In this document: in pieces, positions 29,602 through 42,438 of the stretch | Position numbering within the stretch: the stretch's first letter is position 1 | Layout: the number at the start of each line of letters is the position of its first letter | Assembly (NCBI GenBank): GCA_044892525.1 | Contig: CM097885.1 | Location: forward strand, 9,860,001-9,924,000 | Length of the DNA stretch: 64,000 nucleotides | Reading direction: 5' to 3' | Source of the DNA: Schmidtea polychroa | Taxonomy: Eukaryota | Program-made: the position numbers and the translations under genes | Notes under the pieces: generated by a model | The model's database searches: none | Told to the model about the DNA's origin: nothing | What the model saw: only the letters and a program-made list of their open reading frames with translations

Positions 29602-32600
29602 AGTAGGTAGTTAGTAGCCCGCTGCAACAATTACCCCCCCCCCCGGGGGGGGGGGTTAAATTGTTGCACGATTTTTTTTGTTGCACGATTTTATTACGCA
29701 ATTGTTCCACACTATAGTCTCGATGGTCCTGGGATTTTCAATACAAAAATTTTTTTTTCTATACAAAAACGATGGTCCTGGGATTTTCAATACAAAAAAT
29801 TTTTTTTTTCAATACAAAAATCCGACTACCACTAAAAAAGCATGGAATTTTCAGACTATAGTGAGGTGGGTCTCGATGGTCCTGGGATTTTCAATACAAA
29901 TAAAATTTTTTCTATACAAAAATCCAACTACCAATAAAAAAGCATGGAATTTTCAGACTATAGTGAGGGGGTCTCGATGGTCCTGGGATTTTCAATACAA
30001 AAAATTTTTTTCTATACAAAAATCCGACTACCACTAAAAAAGCCAAGGATTTTTCAGACTATAGTGAGGTGGGTCTCCTTGGTCCTGGAATTTTCAATAC
30101 AAATAAAATTTTTTCAATAGAAAATTCGACTATCAATAAAAAAGCATGGATTTTTCTAGTTCAATTAAGGTGGGTCTCCTTGGTCCTGAGAAAAAGGTGG
30201 TCTACACTAAAAAACGTGGTCCTGAGAATTTCAATACAAAAAGGCAGTATACACTAAAAAAGAGTGGCAATTTAAGGTCTCAGGATATTTTCAATACAAA
30301 AATCCGATTATCAATAAAAAGCATGGATTTTTCTAGGCCAATTAATGCGGTCTCCTTGGTCCTGAGAAAAAGGTGGTCTACACTAAAAAACGTGGTAAAT
30401 TTTTTCAATTAAAGTAAATAATGGTCCAAATTTTTCAATTAAAGTAAATTATGGGTCTAAAAAATTAAATTAAAGTAAATAATGGTCCAAATTTTTCAAT
30501 TAAAGTAAATAATGGTCCAAATTTTTCAATTACATTAAATTATGGTTCTAAAAAATTAAATTACAGTAAATTATGGTTCTTAAAAATTAAATTACAGTAA
30601 ATAATGGTCCAAATTTTTCAATTACAGTTAATTATGGTTCTAAAAAAATTAAATTAAAGTAAATTAAGGTTCAAATTTTTCAATTAAAGTAAATTATGGT
30701 CCAAATTTTTGAATTACAGTAAATAATGGTTCAAATTTTTGAATTACAGTAAATAATGGTTCTAAAAATTGAATTACAGTAAATTATGGTTCTAAAAATT
30801 AAATTACAGTAAATTATGGTTCTTAAAAATTAAATTACAGTAAATAATGGTCCAAATTTTTCAATTACAGTTAATTATGGTTCTAAAAAATTAAATTAAA
30901 GTAAATTAAGGTTCAAATTTTTCAATTAAAGTAAATAATGGTCCAAATTTTTGAATTAAAGTAAATTATGGTTCAAATTTTTAAATTAAAGTAATGAATG
31001 GGCTCAAATAACTAAATTAAGGTTCTAAAAAATTAAATTAAAGTTAATTAAGGTCCAAATTTTAAAATTAAGTAATTAATGGTCAAAAATTTTAAATTAA
31101 AGTTAAATAAGTAAATTAAAGTAATAATTTTTAAATAAGTAATGTAATAAGTAAATTAAAGTAAGATTTTAAAATTTATTAACAAAAAGTTGAAATAATA
31201 GAAGGTGTTTGAGAATTGAAATTTTTTAATGAAAATTTTTATGAAATAATTTTTTAAGTAATTTTTAATAGAAATTTTTATGGAATAATTTTTTAAGTTA
31301 ATTTTTAATGGAAATTTTTATGAAATATTTTTCAATGATAATTTTAGATGGAAATTTTTAAGATAATTTTTAATGAAAATTTCTATGAAATATTTTTCAA
31401 AGACAAATTTTAATAATAATTCAACAACAAACCAACAACTTAGTACCAACAACCAGTAACCTATGAACATGTATTAACAATCAGATACCTACAACTAGTT
31501 ACTAACAACCTGCTACCAAGTACTTACAATCAGTTACCTGCTACCAAATACTTTCAACATGATACCACGTACTAAATAACTCTCAAACAACCAGATACTT
31601 ACAACCAATTACCAGATACCAAGTACCTACAACTAGTTACTAACAACTAGTTACCTGATACTAAGTACCTACAACCATCTAACAAGTACTAACAACCAAA
31701 AACAAGCAACCAACTAGGTACCAAGTACTAACAACCGACAACAACCACCTACCAACTAGCTACCACCTACCCATTAACTAGTTACAACCAGCTAACTAGG
31801 TACTAGATACCAAGTACTAACAACCAGTTACCTGCTACTAAGTACCTACAACCACCTACCTATTAACTAGCTACAACCACCTACCAACTAGCTACCACCT
31901 ACCCATTAACTAGTTACAACCAGCTAACTAGGTACTAGATACCAAGTACTAACAACCAGTTACCTGCTACTAAGTACCAACAACCACCTACCAAGTACAT
32001 ACAACCAACATCAACCAGGTACTAAGCATTAATTACCAACTACTAAGTACCTACCAAGTACCTACAACCACCTACCCATTAACTAGTTACTAAGTACTAT
32101 CAACCAACTAACTACTAGATACCAAGTACTAACAACCAACAACAACCAGGTACTAATCATTAATTACCAATTACTAAGTACCTACAACCATCTACCAAGT
32201 ACATACAACCAAGTACTAAGCATTATTAACCAACTACTAAGTACCTACAACCGACTAGCTACCACCTACCAAGTACCACCAACAACGAGATACCTACAAC
32301 TAGATACTAACAACTAGTTACCAGATACCTACTACTCACAGCCGTCAACAACCAGGTACTAAGCATCATCAACCAAGTAATAACAACTAGATACCTAGTA
32401 CTTACAACCAGATGACCACATGAAATTATTGGTTAAATAAGTAAATTAATGTCTAATTTTAAAATTAAGTAATCAATGGTCTAAAATATTAAAGTTAAAG
32501 TCAATTTAAGATTAAAGTTTTCTGGGATTTTCAATGTTAATTTTAGATGCAAATCTTCGTCAATCAATGAATGACCACATGAAATTATTAGTTAAATATG

Positions 32601-32896
32601 AATATAATTAGTTGTTTAGTAAATTATGGTGTAAAATTAAGAAATAAAGAATAATTAGGTAAATTAAGGAAAATTAAGGTTCAAAATTTAAAATTAAGTA
32701 ACCAATGGTTCAAATTTTAAATTAAAGCTAAATAAGTAAATTAAAGTAAGAATTTTAAATTTATTATCAAAAGATTGAATAACCACCAACTTTTTTTGAG
32801 AAATGTAATTTTTAATGAAAATTTAAATGGAAATTTTTTTTAAGTTAATTTTAAATGTAAAATTTTTTAATTTAATTTTTAATGGAAATTTTAATG

Positions 32897-32966
<70 letters not shown>

Positions 32967-33401
32967 TCAACAGTTCCCAACAATCGGTTACTAAATATTT
33001 TTAACTAGATGCTAACAAATACTTTCAACATGATACCAAGTACTAACTCTCAAACAACCAGATACCTACAACTAGTTACTAACAACCAACTAAGTATTCT
33101 TTATTGTATTTTATGAAATGTTTTTAAATTAATTTTTTATCTGTCTTCAAAAATATGTTTAATTACAATCAATAGAAAACCTTTTCAAAATGTCTAAATT
33201 TAACAAACATGTTGACTTTCATCAAAAAACCACAACTCAATCACTTTAAAACACCACGTGAAATTCAAAATAATTTAAATTACAATGAAATACTAATGAA
33301 TTCTAATTTACAAAAACATCTTCTTTTAAATGATAACTTATTATTGCATCGTAAAATCACATTCAATAAATACTTATTGTTGATCAGTTTTATTATATAT
33401 A

Positions 33402-36400
33402 CTCTGAGTTTATCCGACAGGATGTTTTGACCCCCCTAAGGGTACAGGTCGTAAGGGTACTGGTCGTAAGGGTATTAGTCGTAAAGGTACTAGTCGTAAG
33501 GATATTGCTAACTCTCAACCCCCACCTACCCATTAACTAGCTACTAAGTACTAACAACCAGTTACCTGATACCAAGTACATACAACCAACATCAACCTGT
33601 TACTAAGCATTATCAACCTACAACTATATAACAACAATCAGTAAACAACACTCTACCAACTATTAAATACAAGATACCAACAACTAGATACCAACAATCA
33701 ACTAACCACACATAAAAATAATAGCAATTAAATACAAAATATTCTTCATCACATACACTATCTTCTTATCAAAATCAGATACCAACTACCAACTACCAAG
33801 TACTAACAACCAACTACCTACAACCAACAACTATGTACTAACAAATTGATCTTTAAAAGAAAAATACTCATCACTTGAAAAATTAGATGGAAAATTAATT
33901 GAACTCAAGACATCAATAACTTGGTAAAAATTGATTAAATAATTGCAAAAATTTAAATTTACTCAAAATAAATATCATAAAAATTTAATTAATAGACAAG
34001 AAAGAATTCTATTCATTAATCATCCAGTAAATAAAAAAATACTGATCATTCAAGTTGAATCAACAAAGATAATAAATTAATAAGATAAGATTTATTAGAT
34101 AATTGATTTAGATTGAATAAATTAATTGAAATAAAATTAATTTTAATTATTTTTTTTAAAAGTAATACATGTACTCAAATTGATTGACTGATTGCTCAAA
34201 ATATTCAAAAAAAAACAGTAGAAATTCATTAAAATTAACAAAGTCAGCAATCTACAATAAAAATAATTATCATTAAATTCCAAGAGAGACTAGATAACTA
34301 ATGATAACATCTAATAAACCAGTAAATTCATTTAAATGACAATAATTGGTATATTCAAGCGAATTCTCTAATAAAATCATCTAAAAAGAATCATTTTCCC
34401 CTAAATATATCAATATTTAAAGATTAGTATTTTATCGATAAATATCCTTAAAAGGTTATATATTTACCTCAGACTAATAAGATTGCTTAAAATCCCTTTA
34501 AATGACTATAATTCTAACTTTAATTCCTATTATCACGAATATTTCCCTATAAAACATGTAAAATAAATTGGTCATTAACCCTAAATAATTTATAAAATCT
34601 AGTGATAAAACTGGTTATAATTAAATTTTTATTCTAAAAATAAATCACTCTATTTGAAATTTAAAATAATTATTACTGTACAATATAATTGACTAGGTCC
34701 CATTGAAAGATTAAATTTATCCATTCAATAAAATATATTTCTTCAAATGATCATTTTTACTGATATTCAACCGATTTAATTACTAATTAAAATCAATCGA
34801 TATATTTCTTCTAATAAAGATCAATTTTATTTAGTTGTTGTCGATGTTTTAAGTCCATATTTCTAAACTTTTGTCATTCTCCGCCTAAATAAAGATAAAA
34901 ATAAATTAAAGTTGATATCAATCCCAATTATCTGTAAAAATTTCATTGTCAAAACCAAGTAAATCGATCATTAACCCTACTTAATAAAACATAAGTCTAA
35001 ATTAATATACAATGAATTAATCACAACCTAATAAAACGATATAATTTCAAATTATTATTGATTCATAACTGACTAATGTATTGACATTTCCCTTAAAACA
35101 TTGATATTTTACCAACATCATACTTAAAAAATCATATATTCCCATCTTAACCCATCCTTCATTAAATTTAACCGACTATATCTCCTTTACAATGATATAT
35201 TCCTACCTTATCCGATCTCTCATTAAATTTAACCAACTATATCCCCTCAAAAGATCATATTTTCCCACCTTATTCGATCCCTCATTAAATCTAACCGACA
35301 ATATCCCATCTTATCCGATCTCTCACCAAATATTTCTACCCTTTTAAACATCTAACCGAATATATCCTTCAATTCTATCCACTTGAATCCTCCTTTAATT
35401 CACTCAATCCTCTTAAAATCCTTAGAGAACTTCAAAAATATGACTTAATTGTTACAGACACCAAATATTCTTCCATTGAAATAATTTAGTAGCTATGTAG
35501 TAAGAGTTCACTAAAAGATCAAAAATCAATATTTTCTACAAATATTTACCATCAAATACTGGAGATGAAATATATTGTTTGATGATAATTCTTCATCGAT
35601 TCAACCAATCATTTTCAAGCAATAACAGCAAACTAAATTTCTGTATATCCTACAATAATTATCAAGTAAATTTTAAGTCCTTGATAAAGTTAACTGGTTT
35701 CTTAGCTTATGTTTTTTAAAGTGCATCAATGTGTAAATATTCTTAGAAAATTATTGAAAAATTATTTATTCAAATGCATTACAAAGTCATCAAAAATCAC
35801 TTAATTATTAACCTAATTGTCAATGAAATTAATTTTTATTTAAAAACTATTCAATAAAATACAACTAATTATCAAGAAATTAATTAAATTTATCAATTAA
35901 ATTTATCAGTAAACATGAAATTCTTAGAAAATTATTCAATATCCTCATAAAAATTTATCCACTTGATTATTGTAAAAACTCTAATTATTAACATTGAAAA
36001 TAAATTTTATTTAAAATTAAAAAACCAATCAATAAAAATACATTCAATTATCAAGAAATTAATTAAATTTACCTTAGAATTAGCATTAAATTACAGAAAT
36101 TCACAAAAATAATGGAAATTCACAAAAATGATAAAAATTCACAAAAATAATAGAAATTCATGAAAATGATAGATATCCACGAAAAATTACGGAAATTCAT
36201 GAAAATATTAGAAATTCACAAAAAATGATGGAAATTCATGAAAATGATAGAAATTTACTTGAATAAAACCATCAACTCTAAAAATTATCAATGCCTTAAA
36301 CAACAAATTTGTCTAAATAATCATTCAAATAAAAGCATTAAATACCTTTACGACTAATACACTTACGACATGTTGAATGTGAGTAGTACCCTTGTGAGCA

Positions 36401-36443
36401 ATACCCATAGGGGGACAGAATATTTTTTCGGATAAACTCAGAG
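33402..36443. mobile_element. Nested TIR unit in TA context, left-arm copy
   Basis: TA-CTCTGAGTTTATCCGA ... TCGGATAAACTCAGAG-TA with subterminal GTCGTAAGGGTACT repeats. Confidence 0.7.
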
Positions 36444-37927
36444 TATATATTAATTAACTCATTCAAATTTATCATTGAATCAGTAAAATTATCATAAATT
36501 TCGATAAAAATTCTAATGTGGTAAGCAATGAAAAGAGAAATATTCTTTAAACTTAGATAAAACTAACAATGAAGGTGGTAAGAATCATTAAAGTGAGAAA
36601 ATTATTCATTACTCGATGATAAATTCAAATGGATGAAAATAATTGGTAGAATAATTTATTAATGGGCATAGATAAGAAAAAAGGTTGATAAGAATGGAAA
36701 TATATTAATTGAATTTATTTAAAATTATTTCATAAAATTCATAAAAAAAAACTTTTAAAAGAAATATTTGTGGAGATGTTTTAGGTGAAAATTAATCAAA
36801 ATCGGCGGAATATAATTGATTAAATATCGAGGATGGGGGTTATAATTAATGGAAAATCAATGGGATACAAATGATTAAATAGTGGAAAATCCGGGAATAT
36901 AAGTGATTAATTAATGGAATATTGAGAATCGGAGGAATATCAATGAGAAGGATATATAATTTAAACTAGTTTATTACATAACAAGCCGCGACTAGTTTAT
37001 TACATAACAAGCTGTGAATGGTATTTTACCAACATTTTTAAAGTATGTAATTTAATTTTAATTTTATTTTTAAATTGTACATATTTTGAATATCAAGCTG
37101 TGAATGGTATTTTACCAACATTTTTAAAGTATGTAATTTAATTTTAATTTTATTTTTAAATTGTACATATTTTGAATATCATTCTATTGTTTAATTCCGA
37201 TAATAAGTATAAAAAGTCTATAATGATTAATAAATTAATATCTTGTTAACATTTACCAGAGAATTTAAAAAACTTTACTTAAAATTTAGTGAAGTATTTA
37301 ATTTTGATTGTACTTTATAAGACATATATTTGAGTATTAACTTATTTTGATTGAAGTATCACATTCAATATTATGATTTTTTTTTCTAAATTGAAATATT
37401 TTAGTGTAAAATAGTTAATTTGATAATAAATAGAATACAATATTAAAGGACTTTTTGAAAAAAAAGTTACTTTCTACTGCCTAATCAATAAGTTCAAAAA
37501 GTTTAGAACTGTTAATAAATCAATTTCTTATTCGCATTTACATATAAATTTTTTATTTTTAAATTAAAGTATTAAATTGATGATTTAATTTTAATTGTAT
37601 TTGAATGATACATTTAATTTACTTTGATTGAAAGGAGTAATATAATTCATATTATGATATTTGTTTTCGAAATATTTAGTGTAGAATAGTAAATTTAATA
37701 ATATATAGCTATTATTACAAGTACTTATACAAAAAAACACTTTTTATTTCTAATGTTTTATTCCATCAATAAGTTTAAAAGTATGTAACTGGTAATAGAT
37801 TAATTTCTTATTTACATTATTCGAGAATTTGAAAAACTTATAAAATTTATATTTTTAAAATTTAATTTTGATTGTATTTTCTAAGACTTATATTTGAATA
37901 TTTAACTTATTTTGAATGAAAAGGGTA

Positions 37928-38016
<89 letters not shown>

Positions 38017-38698
38017 CTTTTATGATAATTGTTTTTGAAATACATAATGCAAATTAAAACATTTTAGTAATAATTTGCTATTATTTTAGAATTTATTTTA
38101 GTCAAAAATTAAAAAAAAGATCTAATCAATAATTCTCAATAAATTATCATTCACGGCTTGTTATGTAATAAACTAGTTTAAATTATATATCCTTCTCATT
38201 GATATTCCTCCGATTCTCAATATTCCATTAATTAATCACTTATATTCCCGGATTTTCCACTATTTAATCATTTGTATCCCATTGATTTTCCATTAATTAT
38301 AACCCCCATCCTCGATATTTAATCAATTATATTCCGCCGATTTTGATTAATTTTCACCTAAAACATCTCCACAAATATTTCTTTTAAAAGTTTTTTTTTA
38401 TGAATTTTATGAAATAATTTTAAATAAATTCAATTAATATATTTCCATTCTTATCAACCTTTTTTCTTATCTATGCCCATTAATAAATTATTCTACCAAT
38501 TATTTTCATCCATTTGAATTTATCATCGAGTAATGAATAATTTTCTCACTTTAATGATTCTTACCACCTTCATTGTTAGTTTTATCTAAGTTTAAAGAAT
38601 ATTTCTCTTTTCATTGCTTACCACATTAGAATTTTTATCGAAATTTATGATAATTTTACTGATTCAATGATAAATTTGAATGAGTTAATTAATATATA

Positions 38699-41600
38699 CT
38701 CTGAGTTTATCCGAAAAAATATTCTGTCCCCCTATGGGTATTGCTCACAAGGGTACTACTCACATTCAACATGTCGTAAGTGTATTAGTCGTAAAGGTAT
38801 TTAATGCTTTTATTTGAATGATTATTTAGACAAATTTGTTGTTTAAGGCATTGATAATTTTTAGAGTTGATGGTTTTATTCAAGTAAATTTCTATCATTT
38901 TCATGAATTTCCATCATTTTTTGTGAATTTCTAATATTTTCATGAATTTCCGTAATTTTTCGTGGATATCTATCATTTTCATGAATTTCTATTATTTTTG
39001 TGAATTTTTATCATTTTTGTGAATTTCCATTATTTTTGTGAATTTCTGTAATTTAATGCTAATTCTAAGGTAAATTTAATTAATTTCTTGATAATTGAAT
39101 GTATTTTTATTGATTGGTTTTTTAATTTTAAATAAAATTTATTTTCAATGTTAATAATTAGAGTTTTTACAATAATCAAGTGGATAAATTTTTATGAGGA
39201 TATTGAATAATTTTCTAAGAATTTCATGTTGACTGATAAATTTAATTGATAAATTTAATTAATTTCTTGATAATTAGTTGTATTTTATTGAATAGTTTTT
39301 AAATAAAAATTAATTTCATTGACAATTAGGTTAATAATTAAGTGATTTTTGATGACTTTGTAATGCATTTGAATAAATAATTTTTCAATAATTTTCTAAG
39401 AATATTTACACATTGATGCACTTTAAAAAACATAAGCTAAGAAACCAGTTAACTTTATCAAGGACTTAAAATTTACTTGATAATTATTGTAGGATATACA
39501 GAAATTTAGTTTGCTGTTATTGCTTGAAAATGATTAGTTGAATCGATGAAGAATTATCATCAAACAATATATTTCATCTCCAGTATTTGATGGTAAATAT
39601 TTGTAGAAAATATTGATTTTTGATCTTTTAGTGAACTCTTACTACATAGCTACTAAATTATTTCAATGGAAGAATATTTGGTGTCTGTAACAATTAAGTC
39701 ATATTTTTGAAGTTCTCTAAGGATTTTAAGAGGATTGAGTGAATTAAAGGAGGATTCAAGTGGATAGAATTGAAGGATATATTCGGTTAGATGTTTAAAA
39801 GGGTAGAAATATTTGGTGAGAGATCGGATAAGATGGGATATTGTCGGTTAGATTTAATGAGGGATCGAATAAGGTGGGAAAATATGATCTTTTGAGGGGA
39901 TATAGTTGGTTAAATTTAATGAGAGATCGGATAAGGTAGGAATATATCATTGTAAAGGAGATATAGTCGGTTAAATTTAATGAAGGATGGGTTAAGATGG
40001 GAATATATGATTTTTTAAGTATGATGTTGGTAAAATATCAATGTTTTAAGGGAAATGTCAATACATTAGTCAGTTATGAATCAATAATAATTTGAAATTA
40101 TATCGTTTTATTAGGTTGTGATTAATTCATTGTATATTAATTTAGACTTATGTTTTATTAAGTAGGGTTAATGATCGATTTACTTGGTTTTGACAATGAA
40201 ATTTTTACAGATAATTGGGATTGATATCAACTTTAATTTATTTTTATCTTTATTTAGGCGGAGAATGACAAAAGTTTAGAAATATGGACTTAAAACATCG
40301 ACAACAACTAAATAAAATTGATCTTTATTAGAAGAAATATATCGATTGATTTTAATTAGTAATTAAATCGGTTGAATATCAGTAAAAATGATCATTTGAA
40401 GAAATATATTTTATTGAATGGATAAATTTAATCTTTCAATGGGACCTAGTCAATTATATTGTACAGTAATAATTATTTTAAATTTCAAATAGAGTGATTT
40501 ATTTTTAGAATAAAAATTTAATTATAACCAGTTTTATCATTAGATTTTATAAATTATTTAGGGTTAATGACCAATTTATTTTACATGTTTTATAGGGAAA
40601 TATTCGTGATAATAGGAATTAAAGTTAGAATTATAGTCATTTAAAGGGATTTTAAGCAATCTTATTAGTCTGAGGTAAATATATAACCTTTTAAGGATAT
40701 TTATCGATAAAATACTAATCTTTAAAGATATAGTTATTTCAGGGATATTTGATGCTTTTTAGATGATTTTAATGAATTATTTGTAATAATATGAATTAAG
40801 GGTAGAAATATAGTCATTTAAGGGATTTTAAGGAATCTTGTTAGTTTGAGGTGAATATATGATATTTAACAAGTACTTATCGATAAGATACTAATCTTTA
40901 AATATTGATATATTTAGGGGAAAATGATTCTTTTTAGATGATTTTATTAGAGAATTCGCTTGAATATACCAATTATTGTCATTTAAATGAATTTACTGGT
41001 TTATTAGATGTTATCATTAGTTATCTAGTCTCTCTTGGAATTTAATGATAATTATTTTTATTGTAGATTGCTGACTTTGTTAATTTTAATGAATTTCTAC
41101 TGTTTTTTTTGAATATTTTGAGCAATCAGTCAATCAATTTGAGTACATGTATTACTTTTAAAAAAAATAATTAAAATTAATTTTATTTCAATTAATTTAT
41201 TCAATCTAAATCAATTATCTAATAAATCTTATCTTATTAATTTATTATCTTAGTTGATTCAACTTGAATGATCAGTATTTTTTTATTTACTGGATGATTA
41301 ATGAATAGAATTCTTTCTTGTCTATTAATTAAATTTTTATGATATTTATTTTGAGTAAATTTAAATTTTTGCAATTATTTAATCAATTTTTACCAAGTTA
41401 TTGATGTCTTGAGTTCAATTAATTTTCCATCTAATTTTTCAAGTGATGAGTATTTTTCTTTTAAAGATCAATTTGTTAGTACATAGTTGTTGGTTGTAGG
41501 TAGTTGGTTGTTAGTACTTGGTAGTTGGTAGTTGGTATCTGATTTTGATAAGAAGATAGTGTATGTGATGAAGAATATTTTGTATTTAATTGCTATTATT

Positions 41601-41915
41601 TTTATGTGTGGTTAGTTGATTGTTGGTATCTAGTTGTTGGTATCTTGTATTTAATAGTTGGTAGAGTGTTGTTTACTGATTGTTGTTATATAGTTGTAGG
41701 TTGATAATGCTTAGTAACAGGTTGATGTTGGTTGTATGTACTTGGTATCAGGTAACTGGTTGTTAGTACTTAGTAGCTAGTTAATGGGTAGGTGGGGGTT
41801 GAGAGTTAGCAATATCCTTACGACTAGTACCTTTACGACTAATACCCTTACGACCAGTACCCTTACGACCTGTATCCTTAGGGGGGTCAAGACATCCTGT
41901 CGGATAAACTCAGAG
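38699..41915. mobile_element. Nested TIR unit, mirror copy in right arm
   Basis: Reverse complement of 33402-36443 with about 150 extra bp near 40726-40880. Confidence 0.7.
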
Positions 41916-42350
41916 TATATATAATAAAACTGATCAACAATAAGTATTTATTGAATGTGATTTTACGATGCAATAATAAGTTATCATTTAAAAGAAGATG
42001 TTTTTGTAAATTAGAATTCATTAGTATTTCATTGTAATTTAAATTATTTTGAATTTCACGTGGTGTTTTAAAGTGATTGAGTTGTGGTTTTTTGATGAAA
42101 GTCAACATGTTTGTTAAATTTAGACATTTTGAAAAGGTTTTCTATTGATTGTAATTAAACATATTTTTGAAGACAGATAAAAAATTAATTTAAAAACATT
42201 TCATAAAATACAATAAAGAATACTTAGTTGGTTGTTAGTAACTAGTTGTAGGTATCTGGTTGTTTGAGAGTTAGTACTTGGTATCATGTTGAAAGTATTT
42301 GTTAGCATCTAGTTAAAAATATTTAGTAACCGATTGTTGGGAACTGTTGA

Positions 42351-42438
<88 letters not shown>

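Noticed and set aside
28889..29710. Long minus-strand ORFs (273, 213, 176 aa)
   Set aside because: Translations of the 15-bp minisatellite, open in all three frames
29710..30410. Regular repeat array resembling CRISPR
   Set aside because: Whole units repeat with no unique spacers, no cas genes, eukaryotic context
33209..33430. 73-aa ORF duplicated at 41887-42108
   Set aside because: Duplicated only because of the palindrome; crosses the nested TIR junction; no domain
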